63,431 bases of DNA from Catajapyx aquilonaris (lineage: Eukaryota). The translations under genes and the position numbers were made by a program. Positions 26,273 through 40,064 of this stretch are shown piece by piece. Under the pieces are notes generated by a model. It searched no databases, had not been told where the DNA came from, and saw only the letters and a list, made by a program, of their open reading frames with translations. Location of the stretch: NCBI GenBank assembly GCA_000934665.2, contig KZ538537.1:1-63431 (forward strand), written 5' to 3'. Position 1 is the first letter of the stretch, and every line of letters starts with the position of its first letter.

Positions 26273-27711
26273 TTTTGCAAATTATTTTGCAGTTTAGAGC
26301 AGGTTCGCAAAAAAATCTTTACGGTGCCAAAACTTTAACATCCCCCCCCCCCCACTCTGTACGGTCCTCGTGGTCTCCTGCCTCTACGTATGCCACTGAC
26401 ATGACATAGATATAATCCATTTTGTAAGGTTGAAAAATACTTTGAGAGTATAGATCTCGCCTTTCTGCAGTCCTGATGTCCTCAATATGTCTGGCACATA
26501 AATGGGCCGAACCCCAACAGTGACAAAAATGTCACCACTAGTCATCCATGAAGACCTCAGGGAGATGTCCGTCCCTTCAGCTCCCGTCAAAAAAGATAAA
26601 ACCACGTCGCAAAAAGAACATAAAAAGACGCTCAAGCCCGTGTGGTTATGCCAGTGTCAAGAGCTACTCTAGAACAGGACTCACCGCCAGAGGCTCCCCA
26701 TGTCCATAGTGACCGGTAATACCCCAACGGCAATCCGTTCCCTTCAACGTCTCTTCCAGCCATTCACCATTCGCGATAAAAATGAAGAAGATGCGATGCA
26801 AAATGTGCTAACATAGCTCATCTCATAGTTCTAATAGTACAGATAGCAACATCGAATGTGACCGACTTTTTTTTCCTAATTAGACTACAGTTTCACACCA
26901 CCCACGAGAGGTACCGGCGTCTCGCTAATCTGCTCCAACTTCCGCAAACTTTCCTCATCTTTTTGTCTAGTGGCTTGCGAGCGGTAAAATGTGTCGGGTG
27001 GTGGGGAGAAGGGTTGGGAAGGGGGGAGATGAAGAAGGAAGAGAGGTGAAGATGGGTCTTGGTGTGGGCCAAGTTGTGAAGTTCAAATGAGTACAAAAGT
27101 TAGATGGAAGGATTTTTAATTCCCACTTCAACAAGAGCATATTTACTCGAAACACGCCATAATTATGACACTTGCGGTGGCGTGAAACAGATTCCAGGAC
27201 TCTTTACAGGTTCACTGTATTATATGCCATATATGAGGGGCTGCATAGCTATGGGGAAAAGTGGATGTGAGGTATGTGCGATGTTAACTAAGTAGCAGGT
27301 CTACTTGATAATAAATTGCGGCCGTGTAGATTCGAATAGGCGAAAAAAAAACTGTCCTTGATTATAAATTATAGGAAACTATTTTACATGGCAATTCCGC
27401 AACCTTTGATTTGAATGCATAGCATACAGTATAATTTAAATGCGTTAAACTTCAGATATGAAGTACTATGGAGCGTAGGCTATCCGTTAGTGCATATCAT
27501 ACAATAAACTACACTTGGATGTAAAAATCGTATCAATTCCAGTATCGGCCTGGGCGATAACATCATGATGGCTGAAGACGCCGCATCGCAAATACGTCCA
27601 ACGTCAGGAATTAATTCCACAGCCCCTGTGCCAGAGCGCCAGGTAAACCCTGGCATGGTCAGGAATCCAGGGAAACTAATTTCGAAATCCAAAGATAACC
27701 CGCCAGTAAAG

Positions 27712-27878
27712 TAGACTTGTGCGGATAGTGAACCCGGAAAACCCGGAAGTTGTTAATGAAACCTATTTAGGTCACGCTTAATCCGAATCTGAAAACCGTT
27801 TGTCGTTATCGCTTGCGGTTGAGGCTCTGATACCTGTCCACAGACAGACGGACGGACAGAGCCGTGCTATATAAGACT
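27712..27878. mobile_element. Possible non-autonomous Helitron/Helentron-like relic with (ACAG/ACGG)n microsatellite
   Basis: ACAGACAGACGGACGGACAGA followed by ...TATATAAGAC and a T-run, a layout reminiscent of DINE-1/Lep1-type elements. Boundaries are approximate. Confidence 0.35.
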
Positions 27879-29963
27879 TTTTTTGATGACGAGAAAAAGT
27901 CTGAAAGTGTGTATTAAGCATATAATTACAGCAATACAATACAATGGAAAGCTTTCCTTTGCCAACCTCTCGGAAGCACTTATAAGCCACTTACTTTTTT
28001 GTTCAAAACGAGCCAAAGCAATTTTTTTGAAGCGATTAGAATGCCATGTTGCAAGTACCTCAGATGAGAGCTTACTGAAAAATTTCAGTTCGGGCCTAGT
28101 GAATCTTTTGTCGCTTCTTAGGGACTTAAACGAATATTTACCGAACTTTAATGATATGAATATATCGTTACAAAGGTGGACTGTTAAGAACTCTCCTTTT
28201 TATATTACCGTATTATTGTGATAAAAGAGGTCTTTAACAATTTCAGCTGTCCTTATAACCAGGAGTCAATATTGCTGAATTGAAGTCACATCAGTGCAGA
28301 ACTTCATGACAATATGAGGGTCGGTAAAGAACTGACAGATGATGTTTTTGCATCATTGATGATGACCATCAGGTGTGTGCATTTCTACCTTGAGGGGAGG
28401 CAGGTGTGTCAAAATGTGTGTAATGATAGTGGCTATGGCGGGTGGGAGGCTTCCCAGGCAGAAATAGATACACGAAGGTCTGCAGTGCGATATTATCGGA
28501 ACCTTTAATTTTCTAGTCGAACTGTACAGCACACTGATGAAAATAATCCTGCAGAACATAAACCAAAAGCAACGTATAAGTCGTAAGGTCACCCTATCAA
28601 TCAATTTTTTTAAAAATAACTGAGTACAGTTTGATGTTATTTTCAAAGAGCTTTGAAAATGCATTTGCATCAACTTTTGCATACATGCTGATATAATGAT
28701 TGCAGCCGCGCTCTTTGCCTTTGCGGTTTTGAGGCTGATAATGTAGACTGTATGGTCCATAAGGCGAAATCAGACCACAATTTTTTTAAACTGGTGCAAC
28801 AAGGACGTTTTTTTTTGTTCAAATACTGTACTTTGTAGAGGAATATCAGAGGTATCCGTTTGAATTACACGCTTTGTGCAGCTCTTGTATTGCAAACCCG
28901 TAATTTTTCAACCAACCCTCAGCCATACTCCACTTTCACATTGTCGTTAGAACCAACCCGGAACCTAACTCAGACAATATAATATCCATTAGACACACAG
29001 TACACTCCCGTCAAGAGCGTCCAGTTTCCTCAACACTGTCCCCGACAACAAAATGAGCTGTTGGTCAAGTGTCACGACTGTCAAGTCCCATGTCCTAAGC
29101 AAAGCTTCCTGTACGTTTGACCAAAAGACAGTCAACCACAATATAGATTGTGATACGTACTAGCTATTTTCCTGCCTTTTTTTTTCTCCCTCTCTAGAGT
29201 TCTCTCCTGGTGCGGAGCGCCGTATAGCTAAAGTACACAAACTATGACAAACATTAGCCCTTTCCCCCAAGTTGGGCAGCTGCCGAGATAACGCCAGTGC
29301 CTGTGCTTTCCAACATGGACGCTTTTCCCGAATGTACACGAGGCTGGCTGCTGGGACATTGATTAAGTCAAACTTTGAGCTCGGTTAGTTGTCACGAGAG
29401 TTTGTCGTTCGCGAAACAGTCAGTCTAGGTCATAGTGGAACTGCTAGAATTCAGCGGTAGATAATAATATATTATGATGAGCAACTAACAACTAAAATTT
29501 GATAAGGGTTGAGTGAACCTTTGTTGTGTGTGGAGGACATTTTCAATTTGATTGTGGGCCCAAGCCATGGCAGAACCTGGCTGGAGCTGCCTCGTAGAAT
29601 TAACTAGTTGATTAATCCCTTAATGTTTCGTGGGTGGTTTTCTCATCCTACATGATCCTTTTATTCCCAACCACCGTGTGATGCAGATTTATTCACTTGG
29701 CAATGCATGGGATGAAGCTATCCATTGTGGTTTGATCATCTCGTCGGAATGAGAGAGGGTTTTTTTCCGGAACTAAAATCTCGCACAATAGGTTTAAAAA
29801 TAGTATATTATCACTAGACCAAAACTACTCACATCAGTCAGTAAAGTAGCTGAGTTAATACAAATTAAAGTAAATGTATGGCTCTTTACAATCAGATGTA
29901 CAGTGTATGACCCAAAAATGGATCGTCGCGTGTTATCCTGACGTGGATGCAACCCATTGTTCT

Positions 29964-30035
29964 TGTCTTCAATAAGCTGTGGGACCGGAAGTATGTATTT
30001 TTACTATAACTGTGGGGACATTTTGGGTCCCCACA
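29964..30035 (+). mobile_element. Fragment related to the TTAGG-bearing TIR element at 55639
   Basis: Shares TGTCTTCAATAAG..TGGGAC.GGAA and TGTGGGGACATTTT.GGTCCCCACA with 55639-55730. Confidence 0.65.
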
Positions 30036-30052
30036 TCTTCATACACCGTCCA

Positions 30053-30265
30053 ATTCATGTACTGACTTGGAGGTGGTATTTTGTAATCAACAAATACCGT
30101 CTACGGTACTGACTTGTAGACAGCCCATCGTTCACTGATTTGAAAATAGTACATCACCACGTACCGATTAATGTACCGACTTGGACGTCAAATACCATCT
30201 ACAGTACTGACTTGGAGACGTTATTTGTTGATCACAAAATACCGTCTCCAAGTCGGTACATGAAT
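30053..30265. mobile_element. Fold-back MITE family B copy 1
   Basis: About 45-bp imperfect TIRs ATTCATGTAC.GACTTGGAG..GGTATTTTGT.ATCAACAAATA and internal repeats of GTAC(T/C)GACTTG. Homologous to 56754-57105. Confidence 0.8.
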
Positions 30266-33200
30266 CGGTACTTACATTACATTTTAGGGATATTAAAATT
30301 TAAAATAATTCGCACGAGCATGACTGGTTGCCAATGTGTAATTGCTGACATCATAGGATAATTGCGATTCTTCCTCCGCATCTTTGATTGGCCCTTTGCA
30401 GCTCGCGTCCTGTGTGCAATCTCTCGAACGCACGCCTCTTTTCTTTTCCGGCGCCAAGATAACGTGTCCGCGTACTCTTAATTTCAAACTTTAATTAAAC
30501 TTCTTTAGTTTCGAACCTGCGACGGAGTTCTTGAGGAACAATCTTGAGTTTCCTCGGGGGTGGAGAGGGGATAGGGATGGAAGGGAAGGAGGAGAGTGTG
30601 GGGGGGAGGGGGAGCTGGAGAAGAAGATAGAATAAAATCGGCAAACAGCAACACTTTCCAGCACAGTCAGGTAGTCAATATACGGTTTTTGCACCAGCAG
30701 AAAATTTCGGACTCATTTACATGAAAATGTGGTCCTTGCAATTCGTAACGGACTCGATTTCTACGGGTAGTTTGGACATTCCTATGAAGCCTCCCACATT
30801 CCCTCGTCAGCAACTGGCTCCGTCGTCGTCGATAAGCAATGCGGTCCGAATATTACGGGGAGATGAACTTGGTTACTTGAGTCAACATTCAGGATATCTG
30901 CATAATTATGTAGCCGTCAAATACACTTGGGAAAGACATGAAAATGTGAGAATTGGACATTGATCAGCTAATATGAATGTGTGGTTATGCAATATCATAT
31001 TACCAATTGCCGATATAAAGCCGGTATTATCTTATTTTTATTAGGCCTACTAAAGAATGTTCAAGAAGGAACATATAGTGGTCAAAATCTCATACTGGTA
31101 ATTAAACATGGCTAATTTTGGAGCCAAACTTTTGTCCTTCTAGGACGACATAGCTCTTATATGCACCTATTTAATTGGACGTTCCAATTAGTGATTCTTT
31201 TTGGTAGGCATGCACCAGCAGCTTTTTCTATTTTTTCTCTCTGAAGACGGGGGTCTTTTCCTGAAAAGAATGGAGGGAGAAAAAAAGACGTTCCTATTTG
31301 GAAGAGGCTCATCTGCATCTGTCAGGGCCATGGCATCACGTGCTGTTTCCTAATTTGCTGAAGACATGCTGGGAAGCAATCAAACTGGAGCCTAAAGCGA
31401 GGACATGATGACGTCATGCTGTGAACAATGGTGACAGACTCTCGGATGGGGAAAAGAAAGTAGGAATATACAACATTCAGGCCTGGCCAGTACAAGCTGA
31501 GATACAGAAAAGGACGATTGAAGCTATCCAGAGAAAATTGGGAATGTAAAATATGGAGTATGTGGCAAAAAAAAAAAATCATGAGTTTTGCTACGTACAA
31601 AAAAAAATCATAGAAGTTTCTGAGTCTATCAGTGTTACGTCCATCCTCTTCAACTCTTGTTTTAGTGGCGTCGTGTGTCATTAATATTGCACCTTAGAAA
31701 ATGGGCAGAACGAGTTTGGTTTTGTTTGAAGCACCGCAGGGACCGCATGAAATTGGCCTCGGCTATAAGGAAAACGAGTTGAGTCAACGTGTGGACTTTA
31801 TGTACTGTAGAAACGAGCCTCTCCGGCTTACACCTCTTCTCCCAGGCTCACTTTTATTCTGTAATACGACCTATACTGTGGCGGGAATAGCGTATTCAAC
31901 TACTGCAGGCCGCATATAGCCCGCAATGAGAAGTGTGACACCTTGTAGCCTGCAGCTGGCCATAGGCGTTGACTTATATGTGTATTTATGGCACATAGGG
32001 GGATGCGAACTTGAGCAGCGGTAACGAGAAGGTGCTAGGTTCAATCCCTGAATTTTTTGGAAACAATTAGGCCCACCGTGGCTGCGAAAAAGCGAATATT
32101 ATGCAATTCGAAGCTCTGACAGCCCCTCTCCACACTCACAGAACTCCCCCTTTTCTGGCTCAGAGAAGCGACCAATTTCGTTTTACAATTCATAAAGTCG
32201 TTCCCTAATCGTACAACAGATGACACCGGTGGCCCACTCTCCCAACGGCTCCCCCTCGAAATGGATTCAAAAAGTGGATTGAATTAGAAATACACCTCGT
32301 TTTGGAGCGGCCAAATTGCGTTTTTTTTCCACAATAGGGCGCACACATTGGGAATATTTAAAGTCGTGAATTATATGAATGCGGGAAACCGCAGATATGT
32401 ACTTTACGCGACATTACTGAGAGGAATTTCGGAGTCCTCGACTTTGGACTGGCTAAAGTGCGCAATGCAGCTTTTCCCTTTCAGGCTACATGCAAATGTC
32501 CCCACCTTCCATTATGTCCTCAGTACAATCCAACTTCCTTTTATGCAGTGCCCATGCACCAAGGCTTTGGGAAATCAGCGAGTTTACATGCGGCGTGGAA
32601 TAAGCACTTTGGGACAAAAGTTACTAACAGGACATAAATGGTGTCTTGATTGCTGCAATATATTCTTTGCCAAAATATGGAGACACATTACAAGTGTCAT
32701 TTTCTCACTTGTTGGTGGCGTTACTTTTCCGGTTGATCATGATTCTACGATCTTCTCATAGCTCATTAATTAAATAATTAGGGCACTATCTTCATTAAAC
32801 GTTCATTTGGACGCTGTGTCAAGGGTTGCCTCTTCGCATCAATAAATTGGAGCTGAAATGGTTCTCTCATCCTAAGTAGCAAAAGCCAGTTTTGTTAATT
32901 TTAATTAGGCTTTTGGAACGATACGCGAAGGTAGCTCTTTGTATGCAAAGCAGAATGGAGTGCATTGTTTGTCCAGGAAGAGGGAAGATGACCCCAGGGC
33001 AGTTAGCAGACAAAGCAATTCAGGATTAGTCCTAGTGCCTTGACCCGTAGCTAGTCCCAGAAACTACAGTATGCACTTGGTAATTGGGTGGAGTTGAAGG
33101 ATTCAGATATTCGAATGATAATGATATAATACGCATTAGGAAAATCATATGGATATGTTGAATGTACAGTATCTACAGTACTGTATATTATACATAATTA

Positions 33201-36200
33201 TCAATAGCAAGAAAAACAACGTTCCCAATAATTACTGTATTACATACCCAGCACTGCATGAAGTTCTCGGATAAAAAACTTACAGACTATGCACTGCGGA
33301 CTACACTGTGCTTGAATATAGCTACATAAAGTTTGTTGGTGAACCTAATAATGCTTAGGAACATTCAACCAGTAACAAATAGACAGGCATCCATTCAAAG
33401 CTAGAACTCAATGGTCTCGATTAGCTTCACTATATTTGAGAAGGTATTCACCTACTCCATTTGGTGATATCGTGGCAGACCGCTCGCATATACTGTAGTA
33501 GAACTGTACAGTACTATTCAGCGTAGCATGCATATTTTTAAGCCCTCGTGTAAGATAAGCAGAGATTTTATGCATGAAGAGGTTCAGTTGTCAAGGATGC
33601 CACGCCTGAGCGTTAACTACTGCTCAAGCAACCGAGTGAGGCTGAGCAGCCTCCCGAGGGGAGGGAAACTCTCAGAGAAAAGGCACTGCTGACGCCAAAG
33701 GTCACTGCTTAACAGGGTCAGGAGTCACTCATTAAAAGCCCCCAAAACTGAAACCTAAATTCCATTCTGCCGCTTGCAAACGATGTTTCGAGTCAGTTCT
33801 ATAAAACCGGTTCGCCCCATCTAGGTGACAAATGATCCAGCTCTTTTGACCAGAAAGAGGAATTCTCGAATCTGACCAATGGCAGAACAGGTGTGTGTTT
33901 TCCCGTCAGTGTGGCCAGTTTTCTTCCAGAAAAAAAATCTCATCACATATATAGTTTCTGGGACTGGAGGACAAATATGTTTTCCACTGAGCACGAAAAA
34001 AGGAGTGTGGCCGAAAAGCGCAAATAAAAGCAATAAATAAAACAAGAGGCATGTCTAAGTCTGGCTGCTGGTTCCATTAGCTAGATGGAATGGGGGATAC
34101 CAATGGTGGTGCTTTAATCCTCAAATTCGTTTAATTAAGTTGCGTCATTAACAGACAATAAAGTACAGTACATGAATGTGTACATGCATACCCCCAGGTA
34201 GCGATGAATCATTTTCTAACACAAGATGTTGATAAGCATTAATGCATATGCAAATATGCCTGTGGAATGACCCACATTTTTGTTAACTTGACGATGCGAC
34301 GTAATGTGATTTGTAACCAGGAATCAATTTTATCATGATACGTTATACTGAGTATCGGTGTACAAACAGCTATTTTTTTGCAATTTGCATGCGGCTAATT
34401 GGCGATATTATCCGTTCAAGGGCTTTGCTGCAGAATGCCATTGCGTTTGTTCTTTATGCTCAATTTACCCTGGTCAATAGCAAGTGAAATGGGGGAAAAA
34501 GTGTTCATGCATGGAGTAGTGTACGCAGCGGGAATCATGCTGCACGCTCTTGTAAACTTGTGAACATGTTTTTTTAAGCGTCTTTTTTCAAAACGCGCGA
34601 CAGTGTAATAAACGATGAGAACACGGAAACTTCGACTCGAGGTCGCAATATTTGCACTCATTTAACATGCATGTTTATGAAAATAGGAGAATTCATATCG
34701 AATTATATCTATATTTTAAGCACTATCATTTTCATATGAATTTCCGGTATCCTTGCTTTGGCCAGAAATATCTGTCGCCCTAGGCTTTCTGACGTAGGTA
34801 CAAATGTCAGTGTCTCTCCAATCGAACTTCGCTTCAAATTCGAGTCAAAATGGTTCAGAAAATTTTTCTCATTTTTCTAGTAGTGCAAGACAAATATGCA
34901 TAAGACAGAACATTGACCACTCCCGTTCATCTTACAAATCATGAATCGAGCTGAATAATATAGTTCAACAGCAACTGAGTAGGTCATTATCAAAACCAGG
35001 CTACCTTATTGTCCTGTCACTGGGTGTGAGCATCGTTATCGACTACATGCAAAACATGGTTGAAAGTAGCGTGCCGCCATCATATGACTCTCTATATGCA
35101 TATATGAAAAGAATAGGCTTTTCTACTGTGCACGCCTTGCAGACACGAGTCACAATACCGTGGTCTATAAAACGGCGTTGGGTCTAGCCACCTGCTAAAT
35201 GCAGGATGAAATTCACTTTCAGAGCACGGAGGGCACATAGGGGGTGGACTTTATGTGCGTTACTGTATAGTTCCAGGTCCTTTTCCCGTCTTTAATGGCC
35301 ACAAAGTTGAGCTCGCGGATGGTATTCATGAGTTGTGCTCGTCCTGTAATCAGCCCTAGGTCTTTTCCTAGTCTGCTGGTACGGAAAATAAAATACTGAA
35401 GCATGCACTGAATCCTACTGAATCTGAAGTCATATCGGCGATGTAAATATCAACCCTATTTTTCATAAATTAAATTCTGATCATAATATGGTTGTCATCC
35501 AGCAAACCCAGGCTTGTTATCCTCCTATCCCCGCCATCCCCCTCTTCTCCCCACCCACCCACCCGTTTGATTAGATGATCAGATGGAAGCAGTAGAACTT
35601 TGGCGAATGCAGGCACTGGAGCATTTTTACGGCTGCCATTGCCCCAAGGGGATCGATTGGGTTCCTTCCAGCACTATTGCTGGTTAGTGACCGGCTAGCA
35701 GCGTTGCCAAGTCCCTAAAGATCAATGCCAGAAACACGTCCTGAAACTTGGACCTTTTATGTCCCCGGGTACAGAAACGTAAATTTTGATATTAGTGACG
35801 ACAGGGACCAATTACTTTGGGGAGCTCGCCAGAAGCGCTATCTGCAAAAGCAGGCTGCTCTTTGGGTTCCTCCAGTTTTTGCTGCTTTTCTGTTCCAAAA
35901 TGTTAGGCTCAATTGGACTAGACGCCTCAGCAATGTCTCCGAGCGAGGGGTGGTTATATGCCTTGTACTAATACCCCCCCCCCCCCCTTCCAACTTATAG
36001 AGAATGCCAAATTGTGCGAAACCAAGGCACTGTCGGGGTTTTCTTGAGAGTAGGCTACACCGATCGAAGACTGTGGAGCAAATAAGGATAATCTGCTTGG
36101 GGAGATGCGGAGTCATTTCACCCTCCCCACCCTCCTACTCCTTCCCTTCCCATCCCCCGTCCCCACAGGTGCACATTCTTGTGAGTAGATGGCCAATCTT

Positions 36201-37328
36201 GTGTTTTATCGATTCTCCGTAACATTGGAGACTGCAGGGGCGATTATGGCCTAGATGTAGGTTAACCACAAATTTCATGTTCCCCAGTCCCTTCCACCAT
36301 CTTTTTTTTATTCTATTTTTATCCGCCATTTGGACAACTCCGATTACTTCTTCGGCACGTTTTTCTCCTGCGTTTATGACTCGGCGCTTACATTTATTAC
36401 GTGATCAGATTCGGCCCCGTTTTTGATTACAGCTCCCCGCATCTTTCTGATTAACACCAGATTGTACTGTGTCTAAACCACAAACAATCCTGGGATTTGG
36501 ACATTCTGCCACTTAATTCATGTCTCAATCAAGACGTAACAGCTGCGGTGGGACGTAAAACATTGGTAGGTGGTGCGTGAACCAATAATATTGCTCCAGC
36601 CGCCGTACCATACCATGCACGTCTCGGTTTTACTGACCATCACAGGTCATTGGTGGGAGGGGTGTGGAGGGTTGCAGGTCAAATCAGGGCCATGCTACTC
36701 ACTATGGAGCTGAGATATGGCCGCGATCTGGGTTTCAGTGGCTGGTGTCATGCCCTGGTTTTAGGATAATTCTGGTATTTCCAAGACTCGGATGGGGAGA
36801 GATAGAGGGGGGGGGNNNNNGGGGGGGTGCTTGCTTATGAAGTAATAGGTCCGCCATTTGCCAAGGGCAAATATTGACAAACTTTTGACCTAGCACTTTC
36901 GGAGTAGCAAAATGGCTGTCGATCCTCATTAGGACCGGCAATATAGTAGGGTGTGGAAAGGCGAATGATTCGTTACCAGCTGACCAGTTCGTTTAGGATG
37001 CTTAAACCTGTCACCCCATCACTAACCTGATTTACGACCGCTTAAATGCGAGTTCAAAGGGACGGTTGTGATTAAGGACCAGTTGTAGCCTACCAGTGTT
37101 CGCATAAGTTGAGAATGGAAAATACAATTCAGGATAGTTGCCTGATTTACGAAGTTAAATCATAGCTTAATTGGGCATACAGGAGAAATCAGCTAAGTGC
37201 AAGAAACCAATGAGGCAACATTGTCAACGTGCTAGTGAACAGAAAAGCTTTCTGGCTCATTATGAATATATAAAACTAAATGGACTTCAGCCGAGAGAGC
37301 AGTGGTGTAAATATGGTGTTAGTCTACA

Positions 37329-37632
37329 CAGGGTGATTCAACTTTTTGTCCGAACAGTTATCGGATAATTGCACGTAGCTGCTACTTTGTAAGCAGTGAC
37401 TTACAAACCGTGATTTTTCGGAGGAACTGGGAATATTCCCTGCGAATCGTAGGTTGAAGTGGCATACGTGCTGCCCGCTGAAAATTGAGGGTCAACCCTG
37501 GAATGTGTGACCCTCTTTTTCCCCATTCCCCATTCCTCCGACAAATCACCAGTTGCAAGTCACTGCTTACAAAGTGGCAGCTACGTGCAATTTTCCGATA
37601 ACTGTTCGGGCAAAAAAAGTTGAAACACCCTG
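37329..37632. mobile_element. Tc1/mariner-type MITE family C, full copy
   Basis: About 100-bp TIRs CAGGGTG.TTCAACTTTTT..CCGAACAGTTATCGGA.AATTGCACGTAGCTGC.ACTTTGTAAGCAGTGACTT; CAGGGTG termini are typical of mariner-like elements. Confidence 0.88.
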
Positions 37633-39457
37633 GTATGTAAACAAAAGCTAACTCCATAGTTAACCTTAACCAGCGTTCATACAACCGGCCCTAAGTCTAA
37701 TTTTAGCACGATATAATCCAACATAATCGAAGAGTTCCTCCTGCAGTTGTATTGACACAACTGGCCCTTAATCAAAGAGCAACGATGACTTGCAAGTTGT
37801 GCTGTGGCCAAACATTGGGGCGAGGAAGCACATCCCCTAAAATCAGATATGCACCTATCCTATGGCCCACGGCTATGTTTAGTCTGCGAGGTACCAACAT
37901 CATAGCCAACAGCCTTGATCATCCTCTAGCAACTTAATTGGAGACCCCGAGCATGGAAAATAATGATATAACGAGGACTCTGCCGGCGGAGGAGAGCACT
38001 AAACTTCGTTTACAGAAACTGTACAAAGAGCGGTAGTTAGTATGATAATCAAACTAGCCTAGAAATGCCACAGTAATAGCAAATATTAAATCTTTGCACA
38101 AATCCCCCCCCCCTCCCCCCAAAAAAAGGAACATGATAGGGAGAGTTCAAATTGTGTTAGTGGTATGGGTTATAATACGCAATGCAACGGGGTGGAATTC
38201 GATAAAAGTTTAGATTCCTATGATTCCAACAATAATTAGCAACATGTGCGCATTAGCCGCACTTGAAACTTGGAAAATTGAAATCGGAGGGATGGTGGGG
38301 AAGCGCTTTCGAACTACAGGTGCATGAAATAATTTTCTAAAGCAGGCTGTGGTTGTGTGCGCGCGCGCGTATGTGCATGAACGTGTGTGAGTGCGCTCGG
38401 AGGGAGAGGGCGGGATCCAAATTGAGGCTAACCAAACATATATGGTCTAAATTACAATATGAATCTCTCTCAGGGAAACTACTATAGAAGCTCGGAATTT
38501 TTTCATTAATATTTGGCTCTGACGGTGTATGTCCAATACGCACTAATTGCGCCCTATTTTTTCCCCCCTCTGTTATTATTGTCAGAATGTAAGCTACAAA
38601 AGGGGCTATATTGTTGAGGGTTATTTCCTTAGTTGGATGGCAATATTGTGGCGACAAAGCATCAAAGTCGGTGTATATTATATCTCTAGTCCTGTGGATG
38701 GTCACCAGCCTGTGCTACTTTGACATCAAGGTTCAATGGCCCACCGACCCCTCATTTTTCATCGGTGTCGGGTATTCTCGCCTGCAACTACAGCACGTCT
38801 TTGTCAATTATTTCCTGACGTTGTCGACCTTTCTGTCTCCCGCCTTTGCAGCGTTCAGCAAATTAGAGTGCACTTTGCCTATAATTGGATTACATACTTT
38901 GATTTCCAGAGAGCGGCCGTCGCGTGATTCTTGGGGGAAAGGGAGGAAAGGAAGGAGGCTTTGCCCTCTACTTCCACCTCCCCCTCCTCCCCAAAAAAAA
39001 AATTGGGAGCTGCCTTTCTTGCTTAATAGGAGAAATGCTTGCTTCGGCGAGCCCTCATTTACGCCTGTGACAAGCCTTGTTGTAAGTGCTACATTTCAGA
39101 ATTATTAATGGAGGCAATTGATTTTGTCTTTTGTGCGTCCAACGACTATGACTTTACTATTAAAACATTAGTACACTAAAGCGGTGTCCACGCCAGCAAA
39201 TATGAATAACAGGAAATTGATGATAAATTGAAGGGCCTGCAACCAATTAAATGGTTTCATATGAGAGACAAGAAAATTGAATATTGCGCTAAATAGATGG
39301 AAGCAGTCCACATGGTTCCACATATTTCCGGAATAATTTGCAAGTGGAAAAACATGTTTTATTGAATTATACAGCCTTTCCATGAAGGCAGCCAATTGTC
39401 CGGCGCAGCTAATTGTCCGGCAGCCAGTTGACCGGCAGCCAAAAGTCGTAGATTCAG

Positions 39458-39756
39458 TGACCGAAGCAGTTTGGAGTTTGGAGTAGGGGATATGGTGTCC
39501 GACTGCTAATCGGGAGGTCCTGGGATCAAATCCCGGGGTCGGCAACTCTGACCGTGGTTTTCTGTGGTTTCCCACGGTCCTTCCAGGATAATTCCGGAGT
39601 TGCTTCCGTAATTAATAGGCCACAGCCTCTTAATTCCATATCCTATCCAAAAAAGCGCAGTAAAATGAAGAGCAAAGAGTTCCAGGCGAAACAAAAACTT
39701 CCCCCCTAAAGAGCCGATAGGCTGATAACGGGGTATGAATTATTATTATTATTATT
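39458..39756 (+). mobile_element. tRNA-derived SINE S2 with (ATT)n tail and 15-bp TSD
   Basis: TSD AAGTCGTAGATTCAG at 39443-39457 and 39757-39771. B-box GGATCAAATCCC, core GTGGTTTTCTGTGGTTTCCC...CCAGG..AATTCCGG...TAGGCCACAGCC, tail ACGGGGTATGA(ATT)n. Confidence 0.9.
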
Positions 39757-40064
39757 AAGTCGTAGATTCAGCTGGGACACAAATGACGACATGTACAAAC
39801 TATTTTTCAAATTTTGAGAAAGGTGGACTTAGACTCAACCACACAACGCATGTGTGACAAGGTGTTTCATCATTAGGCATCCACAGCAGTGCCAATCTGA
39901 AATATTGCTTTAATACATAATTTGTCTAAAGTTCAGCTGGTTTTTTAAAAAAATTGGTCATGTGTGTACTGTTTACTTCAGATACTTATTTAGAGAAGTT
40001 GAGCATACATTCTACAGTATACGGTCTATATTTACCCGCTAGATTCTCATCCCCCCCCCCCCCC

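Noticed and set aside
39458..39545. tRNA gene (also the heads at 9841, 12986, 49266 and 50782)
   Set aside because: Degenerate cloverleaves followed by SINE bodies and tails, several with TSDs; these are SINE heads, not tRNA genes.
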